This document shows, piece after piece, positions 46,250 through 59,044 of a stretch of DNA of 64,000 nucleotides. Each line of letters opens with the position of its first letter. The first letter of the stretch is position 1. The DNA comes from Macrostomum hystrix (Eukaryota > Animalia > Platyhelminthes): the NCBI GenBank assembly GCA_950097015.1, contig CATNEN010000015.1, forward strand, positions 620,001 through 684,000. The letters are read 5' to 3'. The position numbers and the translations under genes were made by a program. The notes beneath the pieces are model-generated. The model saw nothing but the letters and a program-made list of their open reading frames with translations. It was not told the DNA's origin and searched no databases.

Positions 46250-49200
46250 AGCCTGGATTCCTGGATTAGCAAAGCACAGATTAGCAAAGCCTGGATTAGC
46301 AAAGCCTGGATTAACAAAGCCTGGATTAGCAAAGCCTGGATTAACAAAGCCTGGATTAACAAAGCCTGGATTAACAAAGCCTGGATTAACAAAGCCTGGA
46401 TTAACAAAGCCTGGATTAACAAAACCTGGATTAACAAAGCCTGGATTAACAAAGCCTGGATTAACAAAGCCTGGATTAACAAAGCCTGGATTAACAAAGC
46501 CTGGATTAACAAAGCCTGGATTAACAAAGCCTGGATTAGCTAAGCCTGGATTAACAAAGCCTGGATTAGCAAAGCCTGGATTAGCAAAGCCTGGATTAAC
46601 AAAGCATGGATTAGCAAAGCCTGGATTAGCAAAGCCTGGATTAGCAAAGTCTGGATTAGCAAAGCCTGGATTAGCAAAGTCTGGATTCCTGGATTGGCAA
46701 AGTCTGGATTGGCAAAGCCTGGATTAGCAAAGTCTGGATTCCTGGATTGGCAAAGCCTGGATTTGCAAAGCCTGGATTCCTGGATTGGCAAAGCCTGGAT
46801 TGGCAAAGCCTGGATTCCTGGATTGGCAAAGCCTGGATTAGCAAAGCCTGGATTCCTGGATTGGCAAAGCCTGGATTAGCAAAGTCTGGATTGGCAAAGC
46901 CTGGATTCCTGGATTGGCAAAGCCTGGATTGGCAAAGCCTGGATTCCTGGATTGGCAAAGCCTGGATTGGCAAAGCCTGGATTCCTGGATTGGCAAAGCC
47001 TGGATTAGCAAAGTCTGGATTGGCAAAGCCTGGATTCCTGGATTGGCAAAGCCTGGATTCCTGGATTGGCAAAGCCTGGATTAGCAAAGTCTGGATTGGC
47101 AAAGCCTGGATTAGCAAAGCCTGGATTAGCAAAGCCTGGATTGGCAAAGCCTGGATTCCTGGATTGGCAAAGCCTGGATTCCTGGATTGGCAAAGCCTGG
47201 ATTCCTGGATTGGCAAAGCCTGGATTGGCAAAGCCTGGATTAGCAAAGCCTGGATTGGCAAAGCCTGGATTCCTGGATTGGCAAAGCCTGGATTCCTGGA
47301 TTGGCAAAGCCTGGATTGGCAAAGCCTGGATTGGCAAAGCCTGGATTAGCAAAGTCTGGATTCCTAGATTGGCAAAGCCTGGATTGGCAAAGCCTGGATT
47401 CCTGGATTAGCAAAGTCTGGATTAGCAAAGTCTGGATTCCTGGATTAGCAAAGTCTGGATTCCTGGATTAGCAAAGTCTGGATTCCTGGATTAGCAAAGT
47501 CTGCATTGGCAAAGCCTGGATTAGCAAAGTCTGGATTCCTGGATTGGCAAAGCCTGGATTAGCAAAGCCTGGATTAGCAAAGCCTGGATTAACAAAGCCT
47601 GGATTAGCAAAGCCTGGATTAGCAAAGCCTGGATTAGCAAAGTCTGGATTGGCAAAGCCTGGATTAGCAATTAGCCTGGATTAGCAATTATTCTGGATTA
47701 ACAAAGCGGGATTAGCAAAGCCTGGATTAGCAAAGCATGGATTAGCAAAGTCTGGATTGGCAAAGCCTGGATTAGCAATTAGCCTGGATTAGTGATTATC
47801 CTGGATTAACAAAGCGGGATTAGCAAAGCATGGATTAGCTAAGCCTGGATTGGCAAAGCCTGGATTAGCAAAGCCTGGATTAGCAAAGCCTGGATTAGCA
47901 AAGCCTGGATTAGCAAAGCATGGATTAGCAAAGCATGGCTTAGCAAAGCATGGATTAGCAAAGCATGGCTTAGCAAAGCATGGATTAGCAAAGCATGGAT
48001 TAGCAAAGCCTGGATTGGCAAAGCCTGGATTCCTGGATTGGCAAAGCCTGGATTGGCAAAGCCTGGATTCCTGGATTGGCAAAGCCTGGATTAGCAAAGT
48101 CTGGATTCCTGGATTGGCAAAGCCTGGATTGGCAAAGCCTGGATTCCTGGATTGGCAAAGCCTGGATTGGCAAAGCCTGGATTCCTGGATTGGCAAAGCC
48201 TGGATTCCTGGATTGGCAAAGCCTGGATTGGCAAAGCCTGGATTGGCAAAGCCTGGATTAGCAAAGCCTGGATTAGCAAAGCCTGGATTGGCAAAGCCTG
48301 GATTCCTGGATTGGCAAAGCCTGGATTCCTGGATTGGCAAAGCCTGGATTCCTGGATTGGCAAAGCCTGGATTGGCAAAGCCTGGATTAGCATAGCCTGG
48401 ATTGGCAAAGCCTGGATTCCTGGATTGGCAAAGCCTGGATTCCTGGATTGGCAAAGCCTGGATTGGCAAAGCCTGGATTGGCAAAGCCTGGATTAGCAAA
48501 GCCTGGATTAGCAAAGCCTGGATTGGCAAAGCCTGGATTCCTGGATTGGCAAAGCCTGGATTCCTGGATTGGCAAAGCCTGGATTAGCAAAGCCTTGATT
48601 AGCAAAGCCTGGATTGGCAAAGCCTGGATTCCTGGATTGGCAAAGCCTGGATTCCTGGATTGGCAAAGCCTGGATTGGCAAAGCCTGGATTGGCAAAGCC
48701 TGGATTAGCAAAGTCTGGATTCCTAGATTGGCAAAGCCTGGATTGGCAAAGCCTGGATTCCTGGATTAGCAAAGTCTGGATTAGCAAAGTCTGGATTCCT
48801 GGATTAGCAAAGTCTGGATTCCTGGATTAGCAAAGTCTGGATTCCTGGATTAGCAAAGTCTGCATTGGCAAAGCCTGGATTAGCAAAGTCTGGATTCCTG
48901 GATTGGCAAAGCCTGGATTAGCAAAGCCTGGATTAGCAAAGCCTGGATTAACAAAGCCTGGATTAGCAAAGCCTGGATTAGCAAAGCCTGGATTAGCAAA
49001 GTCTGGATTGGCAAAGCCTGGATTAGCAATTAGCCTGGATTAGCAATTATTCTGGATTAACAAAGCGGGATTAGCAAAGCCTGGATTAGCAAAGCATGGA
49101 TTAGCAAAGTCTGGATTGGCAAAGCCTGGATTAGCAATTAGCCTGGATTAGTGATTATCCTGGATTAACAAAGCGGGATTAGCAAAGCATGGATTAGCAA

Positions 49201-50300
49201 AGCCTGGATTAGCAAAGCCTGGATTTGCAAAGCCTGGATTAGCAAAGCGGGATTAACAAAGCGGGATTAGCAAAGCCTGGATTAGCAACGCATGGATTAG
49301 CAAAGTATGGATTAGCAAAGCATGGATTAGCAAAGCCTGGATTAGCAAAGCATGGATTAGCAAAGCCTGGATTGGCAAAGCCTGGATTAGCAAAGCATGG
49401 ATTAGCAAAGCCTGGATTAGCAAAGCATGGATTAGCAAAGCATGGATTAGCAAAGCATGGATTAGCAAAGCCTGGATTAGCAAAGCATGGATTAGCAAAG
49501 CATGGATTAGCAAAGCCTGGATTAGCAAAGCATGGATTAGCAAAGCCTGGATTGGCAAAGCCTGGATTAGCAAAGCATGGATTAGCAAAGCCTGGATTAG
49601 CAAAGCATGGATTAGCAAAGCATGGATTAGCAAAGCATGGATTAGCAAAGCCTGGATTGGCAAAGCCTGGATTAGCAAAGCCTGGATTAGCAAAGCCTGG
49701 ATTGGCAAAGCCTGGATTAGCAAAGCATGGATTAGCAAAGCCTGGATTGGCAAAGTCTGGATTAGCAAAGCCTGGATTAGCAAAGCCTGGATTAGCAAAG
49801 CATGGATTAGCAAAGCCTGGATTAGCAAAGCATGGATTAGCAAAGCATGGATTAGCAAAGCATGGATTAGCAAAGCCTGGATTGGCAAAGCCTGGATTAG
49901 CAAAGCCTGGATTAGCTAAGCCTGGATTGGCAAAGCCTGGATTAGCAAAGCCTGGATTAGCAAAGCCTGGATTGGCAAAGCCTGGATTAGCAAAGCATGG
50001 ATTAGCAAAGCCTGGATTAGCAAAGCATGGATTAGCAAAGCATGGATTAGCAAAGCATGGATTAGCAAAGCCTGGATTGGCAAAGCCTGGATTAGCAAAG
50101 CATGGATTAGCTAAGCCTGGATTGGCAAAGCCTGGATTAGCAAAGCCTGGATTAGCAAAGCCTGGATTAGCAAAGCCTGGATTAGCAAAGCATGGATTAG
50201 CAAAGCATGGCTTAGCAAAGCATGGATTAGCAAAGCATGGCTTAGCAAAGCATGGATTAGCAAAGCATGGATTAGCAAAGCATGGATTAGCAAAGCCTGT
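46250..50300. repeat. 4-kb satellite, 15-bp unit GCAAAGCCTGGATTA with 9-bp CCTGGATT(C) interspersions
   Basis: Direct tandem copies; a 1359-bp internal block duplication. Confidence 0.97.
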
Positions 50301-51162
50301 AATAGCAAGATCTGGACAAAATAATAGCTGGCTCTGTTACCGAGCCACTGTCCTTTTAGCCTTTTACCATGTGAATTGATCTGATTCTGTTATTATCGCT
50401 ACACTATGGGTAGAAAATATGCGAACGAAGAAAATTGTTAAGGCGTTGATTACTGAAATGAGGCACTTCTGGCATGACTTAAGACCAATAGTTAAATTAT
50501 AATAGATTATTTTAACCATTTTATTTCTAAAAAAACGGCTGGAAGTGTTAACAAAGCGCTATATTTTCAGAATCAGCCTAAGAAATAGTCCTCAACAAGA
50601 GTGACGAAGAACCTGCAGCTGCAATAAGCATTGTCTAAAAGCAAAAAAAACAAAAAATGAAAAAGGACTTGATGAGATCTTGAACTGAATCAACAATTGC
50701 ACATGTCAACACAAATATTACAAGTACATTTGCTGCAAACAATCGTTCCCATAGTACAGTCAGCCAGGGAGAAAAGGGAACTTCTGTCTGGTTTTTCAGC
50801 TCACGCAAATTACGAGTACGGTGCTAGCTGGGATAGCGATTGTTTGGGCACATAGTACAGTCAGCTAGGGAGAGACAGCAGGAGAAAAGGGAACTTCTGT
50901 CTGGTTTTTTAGCTTATTATTATTTTTAGCTCAAAATTACAATGGATAAAACACACTTTGTAACGAGGCCAGACGAGACAAGACAGGAAGACTAAAGCCA
51001 GATGTTATTGCTGTGAAGACGAGCTGCTACTTCAATCGGGTCAACCGCTTGTTCCTCCGCTAGTTATTAATCAGGTAGTGATTCGCAATTCGCGTTTGCT
51101 GTCGTGAGTATTTTTAGTGGCTTTTTAAAAAAGATGTTTGCTTCTTTTTTATTGCACTTTAA

Positions 51163-51700
51163 CAGTAGAAAGACCATGGGGCTGTTTCAAATATCAACAT
51201 TCTTTTGTATCGTCCATCATATTGAACACATCGTCATGAAAATCCAGAACACAAAGCTTTCCTCTCTATTCCATGAAAGAACTTCCAGAATCACAACACA
51301 TCGGCATCGTCGAGATTTTCAACGATTCTTGTCGAGGTGTCTGGTGGGCAAAAATCACAAATGCAGGCGTAACTTTCTGCTAACAAAAGTTTACAATGCA
51401 ACCATGTCGGCTAATATTGTATAGATTTTACTGTTAATTTTTTTATTGCGCCAATATGGATTCGCCATAAAGTTTTATACAAGGCAATGTTTGTTCTCTT
51501 TGTCACCGGGGTCTTCAAAAAATAATTTCAGTTGCTGACGTCCGACAATGCTGACGTCGAACGGCTTTGAAAGTTAGTTCAACGTAAAGGGCGGTAAATT
51601 TTATGCATGTGGTGGAGTTTCACGAAAATCGGTCATTTGGTTTGGGAGCCATCGTGAAGTAGGCACTGGGTATTTGAAACAGCCCGTGGTCTCTCTACTG
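51163..51700. mobile_element. 538-bp MITE with ~31-bp TIRs (CAGTAGAAAGACCATGGGGCTGTTTCAAATA) and TTAA on both flanks
   Basis: 51163-51193 is the inverse of 51671-51700; TTAA at 51159-51162 and 51701-51704. Confidence 0.85.
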
Positions 51701-51822
51701 TTAATAGCCACATCGATGGCTACTCAAAGCATTTAAAATTGAAGCTATTCGGTGCAATGCCGTGCAACTCATTTCCCTCCATCCTGACAAAGCCACCTGA
51801 TCCTTACACTGACGCAGAGGCC

Positions 51823-54800
51823 ATGTGGAAGCTATCAGCTGCCAAGACTGCCATGCAGAAGAAACTCAAACTTGGGCAATCGAGTGGTGAGCTGAAATAT
51901 CTCATGGTCTGATCTAGGCTCTGTTAATCCAGGTTTGATAAAGGCAGAAAACATTTTAATTCAATTTAGATAATGAATAGTCTTATCCTATGTCTAATAT
52001 TGCAAGCTTGTTCAATTGTTTCTGGGTGATCTTATCATGGCTTATTTATAATACGAGCGTATTTGCATTTTAGCTGCCCACGGAGACTTCAAGGACCAAG
52101 ACCTTGGCGTAGCCTGCTTGGGCCGGCCCGTGGCCCTCGGGACGCTGTACGATGCACGACACGACCGCTTCATCACGGGCACCAAGTTGTGGTCGCAGGC
52201 ATCAACGCAGAACATGACAAGGAGCCAGCCTAATGTCAAACGAACAATCAATCTCTTGAAGAATTGCTCCTTCTCTGACAAGGCCAATTTGCTGAAGCTC
52301 TCTGCGGATCTGAAGCTCGGCTTTTTGTGCGGCAACTCTGATGCTGAAGGCTCTGGTCGGTACCTGAACGACTCCAAGACGAGTCTGAACTCGCTAGAAA
52401 TCACACTGGCCTACCGGATTGTCACCAGATTTGATGAACTTCATCTGGAGCAGGACGTTGAGTACCCTGAACAGCTGACGGACAGTCTGGCTACTCACGT
52501 TGTGACGGGCATCAAGTTCGGCGCCGCCGTGTTTCTAGTGTTCGAGAAGGAGAGAGAGCAGCTTGAGGAGGCAACCAAGACCGAGGAGAGCCTTGAAACG
52601 ATGGTGTCCGCACTGAAAAATTACTTCGATGAGTCATCCGATGCGCCGCCTCCGAAGTACGATGAGGGCGATGACAGCATTCAGGGCAAAATAAAGTGTC
52701 GCTACTTCGGTGATTTTGACGTCGAGTCGCAACCCTCGACCTTGCGAGATGCATTCAGCTGTGTAAGTAGCTTCTCTAGCGAGAATGCAGAGACACCTCT
52801 CATCGCATACCTCACACCGCTCAGCGCACTCGGCGGCAAGGCAGTGATGAAAAAGAGAAAGATCACCGATGAGCAGCTGAACGAAGCTGGTGACTATCTT
52901 CAGACTCTTAATGACCTCATCGAAGTAGCACGCGCCCAGCTAAGGCTGCTTGATTCGACTCCTTGGCACAGACAGCGTGCCGCTTTGTCAGAATTTCTCA
53001 AGCTTCTCAAGATTCTGAAGACGAGGTACTCAGAGAAGCTGCTAAAGGCGTTGCCAATAGCCCGAGAGCACAAGAAGGGGTGCGATAAGATTGCGAAGCT
53101 GCTGGCTAGATTTCGCGACAAATCTCCCTTTGCTCCTGAAAAGCTTCTCAAATGGATTTCGAATCGCGAGAGGGAGTGCATAGCTCTGCAGTCTTACTCC
53201 ACCAGGCTGAAGTCCGTGCGAGTCGAACTCCTCATTACTGCAGCAGAAAAGCAACAATTCGAAAGTTCTGGTGATCAGAAGCTGTTGGTGGAGCTTGACT
53301 TTCCTGAATCATCCTCCTACCTTAAAGATCTCAACTGCTACCTAAACGGTATCGACAATTCATCAAACGAATGTTGCGCTAAGACTTGGATTGAAACGTC
53401 TGAGCAGGAAAAACTTTGCGAGCTTGTGAATGAGCTGGTAAGTATTACTGAACGTCGCAATACAGCTTCAGGCCTCGCAGTGTCAGTGGCTCTGATCAGC
53501 GAATCGGTAGCCAATCACACAGACCGTATTCAGATATGCAAGAAGTACAGAAAAGGGCATCAGTGGTGCAACCTAGAGCTTCCCTCGGCTCCAAAGGACC
53601 TTCTCTGTGATTTGGCTAATTCCACTATGGCCAAGGTGTCATGGTCGGCAGCGAAATGTGATTTCGATCCAACTGTACGATATAGGGTGAACATCTACAG
53701 CTCTGATCAAGAGTTTAGGCGGCTCTTCGAGTCAAAGATAACTGACAGCACCAACATCGAGTTTTGCGGTCTCGATTCGAACTCGGAGTTTAAAGTCAGA
53801 GTTGCTTGTGTCACTTATTTCGGCGACTCATCGGAGTCAAAAGGTGTTAAATTCAAAACATTGCCTCTTGAGCTGTGCTCTGAGTACGCGAGGAAGTTCT
53901 TGTGTGAGCCAAAGCCGCTGAAGAAGCAGGATGGAGAAACGTTTCCCGGAGAGATCTTCCAACTCAAGAAGCGCTGTCTGAAGCTTTCAGAGAGCTGTCA
54001 CTGTCCTGTAGATGATTGCACCTGTCCTGAGTCATTCGACATCGGTGCTTCCAAAGTGAGCGCGGCTGAGCAGACTGGAAAGTATCTGCTTGTTGTTGGC
54101 GAGACTGGCACTGGCAAGAGCACCTTCATCAATGCACTTGCAAACGCATTCTACGGAGTGGAGTACAAAGACCCCTTTAGACTTCGGCTCATCGACGAGG
54201 CAAAAGGACAATCAGCCGAGTTAGATCCACTTGAATCTAAGAGAGCGGGCAGAGTGATAAACCAGGCTCATTCCCAGACCTCAAAAGTGACCGTGTACAC
54301 CCTGCAGCCGGTTGACACAATGGGTGGTTGCAACTCCTGCAAGAGCGCCCTCGACTGTCCACTGACCGTGATCGACACGCCTGGATTCGGAGACACTGGA
54401 GGCCCTGAAGAGGATCAAAAGGTTATCAAGAAAATCGCCAGAGTTCTCGGAGAAGACAGCAGCTTGATTCCGAGAATGGTGGGAATTTTGCATGCCATCG
54501 CATTTATCGTGAAGGCTTCGCAAAATCGGCTCACAGTCCCACAGAAGTACATATTCGATCTAGTTCTATCACTGTTCGGAAAGGATGTTGAAAGGATCAT
54601 TTCGCCTATCTTGACGTTCGCTGATAGCAACGAACCGCAGGCCTTGGCTGCACTCAGAGAGGACAAAGTGCCCCACGAGCACTTCTTAACGTTCAACAAC
54701 GTAGTCTTGTACTCTGATAACACGGACCCGCGTCGGAACAGCAACCCATCGCCTGAAGACAGGAAATTGCAATTCATGCTTAGGTCCAACCAACTGGACT

Positions 54801-55690
54801 GGGAGCGATCAATGAGCAGCTATGATGAACTGTTTGCTGATCTCAAGAAGATCAATGAGACTTCACTAAAGAATACCCGCGATGTTCTCCGACAGCGCAG
54901 TACACTTGAGAATGCAAGAGAGAGGATGTTGGATAAGGTTCAGGATTGTCTAAATACCATGGCAAGCATTGAGCAGGAGCTGAGCATGGTTGAAACGCTG
55001 GATGCGATTATCAAAGATGCAGATATGAACAAGACTCGCAGAGTGACAGTTCCCAAGCGAGTGAAGAAGAATACGAAGCCTGGCCGCTTTGCGATGTGGT
55101 GCAAAGTCTGTGAGCACACTTGCCACAACGATTGCTCCAGGGGACCGCAAGACAGCCAGAAGAAATGTCGAGCAATCTCAATACTCGGTCGCTGCACGAT
55201 TTGTCCTAAGAAGTGCCGCTGGAATGATCACGAGTCGACCGACCACTACTTTGAGAACACAATGGAGGAGGAGATCGTCAGCGTGGCTGAGATCTTTGAG
55301 AAGTATGAAGTGAGCGTCAAGGATCGCGAGGCTAAGGCAAGTTTGATTAATCGTCTCAAAGAAAAGCTCAAGAAGCAGGGCGCTGACCTAACCTATGACA
55401 TCGTGACCATTCACAAGTGCCTAGAGACACTGGAGCAGCTAGCTCTGCGGCAGTACCCACTCGGAATCGTCCAATACATCGACAATCTCATCAGCAGCCA
55501 GGAGATGGAGATGAAGCCTGGCTGGCAGAACCGGATCAAATACCTGGCCGAGTCTCGCAAATCAGCGGAAATTATCGCCCAGACGCGCCAGGGCGAGGAC
55601 CCGTTCGGCAACAAGATTTTGGAGACGCTTTCGCGCTGCGAGAGTGTCACAGGGGAAGCCAAGCGATGCGAAGCGATCGAGCCAGTTTGA
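51823..55690 (+). CDS. Stonustoxin/verrucotoxin-like MACPF/CDC pore-forming domain + FN3 + AIG1/septin-like P-loop GTPase + Cys-rich/coiled-coil tail; join(51823..51886,52074..55690), ~1226 aa
   Basis: SNTX motifs LGRPVALGTLYDAR, THVVTGIKFGAAVFLVFE, CRYFGDF..ESQPST, PFAPEKLLKWISNRERE. FN3 at ~53580-53870. G1 GETGTGKS (54098), G3 DTPGFGDT (54374), G4-like TFAD (54614). Phase-1 GT-AG intron 51887..52073. In-frame alternative ATGs at 51757 and 51853. Confidence 0.88.
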
Positions 55691-55975
55691 TCGGCTAGGT
55701 ACACATGATCACTTGATAGAGAGCAAATGCACTTTGAACAGTTGTGAATGCAAAATGTCCAGTTCGTTGCTATTGTAGGCGTTATAACATACTGCAGAGC
55801 AGAATTACCCGGGGAGAAAATTTTGTGGCTTTGCAATTTGAGTTGTGGCTCTAAATTACTATTGCTCATTTGGAGTTCTGCAAAAACAGGATTGAATCTG
55901 TTCAATATAGGACATGACATGCTTTGAAGTAAACGGAACAGTATAATAAATTTAAAATCGTTTCAATTTTTTTAT

Positions 55976-56701
55976 TTTTTACTGAAGCAATTTCAGGTGT
56001 GTATTGTATTTTCGTTTTTAATCAAATCGTCCACCTGCTGTCTCTATGCGATCAGTGTACTCAGTACGTTACGAGAGCACCCGTATAGCGTCTCCTACTG
56101 ATGAAAACCAATTTGCTAATCATTTTCCTGGTTTTTTGACGGCTTATCCCTTGCTTAGATTGTCTTCATTACGCATCTAGTTTCGTGAGTTTGAGTAAAG
56201 TACTTTGCTTCTATTTATTTCATTATAAATAAAAGACTTAAATCATGTGATCTCTTTTAAAGGCTTAATATTACGTTTCCTAATTATTGCCTATTGTGCC
56301 CCAATCTGTTATGAATCTACTGAAATCATATTCTATTTTATTCAAGCTGAGCAGTAGATTGACACAATGCCTTAAAAACAAGAGTTTTTTTTCCATTTTT
56401 TGTTTTTTTACTGAAGCAATTTCACGTGTGTATTGTATTTTCGTTTTTAATCAAATCGTCCACCGGCTGTCTCTATGCGATCAATGTACTCAGTACGTTA
56501 CGAGAGCACCCGTATAGCACCCTAACTGATGAAAACCAATTTGCTAATAATTTTCCTGTTTTTTGACGGCTTATCCCTTGCTTAGATTACTTTTCCTACG
56601 CTCCTAATTGCCTATCGTGCCCCAATCTGTTATGAATCAACTGAATTCATATTGAATTTTATTCAAGCTGAGCAGTAGATTGACACTGCCTTAAAAACAA
56701 A
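55976..56701. repeat. Imperfect local duplication A-x-B-A'-B' (A 55976-56161/56405-56588; B 56281-56383/56605-56701)
   Basis: Near-identical blocks visible by eye. Confidence 0.85.
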
Positions 56702-56852
56702 GGAGTTTTGATATGTGACTAACGCCTCCTGACAACTCAAGTTACTTGACTGGATGATAAGATAGCTATTGAGTTTAAACACAAATTGCTGTGAAAATAT
56801 GTCCATCATCGAATTATACGAAAATGATACGATTTCGGTCGATTTCGCCCAC

Positions 56853-56872
56853 TTAACAGTAGAAAACCACGG
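56853..56872 (+). mobile_element. Solitary terminus related to the 51.2-kb MITE (TTAA|CAGTAGAAAACCACGG)
   Basis: Matches the left TIR at 51159-51178; no partner end found. Confidence 0.5.
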
Positions 56873-56901
56873 AGTGCATCTCAAAGGCTAAAATTTCTGC
56901 T

Positions 56902-58419
56902 CTATCCGATGAAACAGCTTCCAGAATCACTAAAACTCGGCATCTGGTGGCTGAAACCACCATATCCGATGAAACAGCTTCCAGAATTACTAAAACTCGG
57001 CATCTGGTGGCTACAACCACCATATCCGATGAAACAGCTTCCAGAATCACTAAAACTCGGCATCTGGTGGCTACAACCACCATATCCGATGAAACAGCTT
57101 CCAGAATTACTAAAACTCGGCATCTGGTGGCTAAAACCACCATATCCGATGAAACAGCTTCCAGAATCACTAAAACTCGGCATCTGGTGGCTACAACCAC
57201 CATATCCGATGAAACAGCTTCCAGAATTACTAAAACTCGGCATCTGGTGGCTAAAACCACCATATCCGATGAAACAGCTTCCAGAATCACTAAAACTCGG
57301 CATCTGGTGGCTAAAACCACCATATCCGATGAAACAACTTCCAGAATCACTAAAACTCGGCATCTGGTGGCTACAACCACCATATCCGATGAAACAGCTT
57401 CCAGAATCACTAAAACTCGGCATCTGGTGGCTACAACCACCATATCCGATGAAACAGCTTCCAGAATCACTAAAACTCGGCATCTGGTGGCTAAAACCAC
57501 CATATCCGATGAAACAGCTTCCAGAATCACTAAAACTCGGCATCTGGTGGCTACAACCACCATATCCGATGAAACAGCTTCCAGAATCACTAAAACTCGG
57601 CATCTGGTGGCTAAAACCACCATATCCGATGAAACAGCTTCCAGAATCACTAAAACTCGGCATCTGGTGGCTACAACCACCATATCCGATGAAACAACTT
57701 CCAGAATCACTAAAACTCGGCATCTGGTGGCTACAACCACCATATCCGATGAAACAACTTCCAGAATCACTAAAACTCGGCATCTGGTGGCTACAACCAC
57801 CATATCCGATGAAACAGCTTCCAGAATTACTAAAACTCGGCATCTGGTGGCTAAAACCACCATATCCGATGAAACAGCTTCCAGAATCACTAAAACTCGG
57901 CATCTGGTGGCTACAACCACCATATCCGATGAAACAGCTTCCAGAATTACTAAAACTCGGCATCTGGTGGCTACAACCACCATATCCGATGAAACAACTT
58001 CCAGAATCACTAAAACTCGGCATCTGGTGGCTACAACCACCATATCCGATGAAACAACTTCCAGAATCACTAAAACTCGGCATCTGGTGGCTACAACCAC
58101 CATATCCGATGAAACAACTTCCAGAATCACTAAAACTCGGCATCTGGTGACTACAACCACCATATCCGATGAAACAGCTTCCAGAATTACTAAAACTCGG
58201 CATCTGGTGGCTACAACCACCATATCCGATGAAACAACTTCCAGAATCACTAAAACTCGGCATCTGGTGGCTACAACCACCATATCCGATGAAACAACTT
58301 CCAGAATCACTAAAACTCGGCATCTGGTGGCTACAACCACCATATCCGATGAAACAGCTTCCAGAATCACTAAAACTCGGCATCTGGTGGCTACAACCAC
58401 CATATCCGATGAAACAGCC
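56902..58419. repeat. 60-bp minisatellite, ~25 near-perfect copies
   Basis: Copies align exactly with the 60-nt print lines. Confidence 0.98.
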
Positions 58420-59044
58420 TTCACAGGCAAGCATTCCGTGGAGATAATTCTGACTCTTCACATTTGGACTCAAGTATTGTCAATTCTTAAAGGCCAAAAA
58501 CTCTCCACACGGCGGAGATTTGTCCCATTTTCCCATCTTGCCAGGGAAAAAGTTTCATTGCCTCTGAAAGTGGCGAAGCATTCTTGAAATCGGCAGCCTT
58601 GTCACATATTTTAAGGTGACAGAATTATAAGGAGGGCGGGGAGAGAAATTTTATTGGTACTTTCTGGCATATGGACTGCGACAGGAGCATGTGAAATGAT
58701 GGGAATTTCTCCCAAAGAATAGGCCTGAGTAAGTTTGAATTAGCTACCTGGGAGCTGTCAGTCATGGAAGGTGCTAATGGAAATTTGAATAATGGAAACT
58801 GGGACACATACAAGGTTTTATAACAAAGGACTAACAGGTGTGAAATTGAAGACTGCAAAGTTTTAGGATGCACTTTCAATGCTAAACTTTGCTAACTTTA
58901 GTTTTGTCGACAGTTTTTATAATAAGCTGTGAAACATTAATGCTCCCCTCTCTAGGAGACGCAGATCTCACTCAGTTCGAGTAGAATTCGATAGAAAATC
59001 AAAAGTTTGTCCTCAAACAGTTCTCCGACATCGCCCCTGATCAG

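Noticed and set aside
46222-50379. (LAKPG)n and (LLIQA)n ORFs
   Set aside because: Products of the 15-bp satellite on both strands.
51163-56872. Composite transposon carrying the toxin-GTPase gene
   Set aside because: The downstream terminus has the same orientation as the left end of the upstream MITE, so the two do not form an inverted pair around the gene.
56853-58587. 400-550-aa ORFs on both strands, including a Thr-rich mucin-like frame
   Set aside because: A 60-bp unit without stops gives four long ORFs. There is no signal peptide or credible splice linkage, and the array follows a transposon end. RNA data could overturn this.
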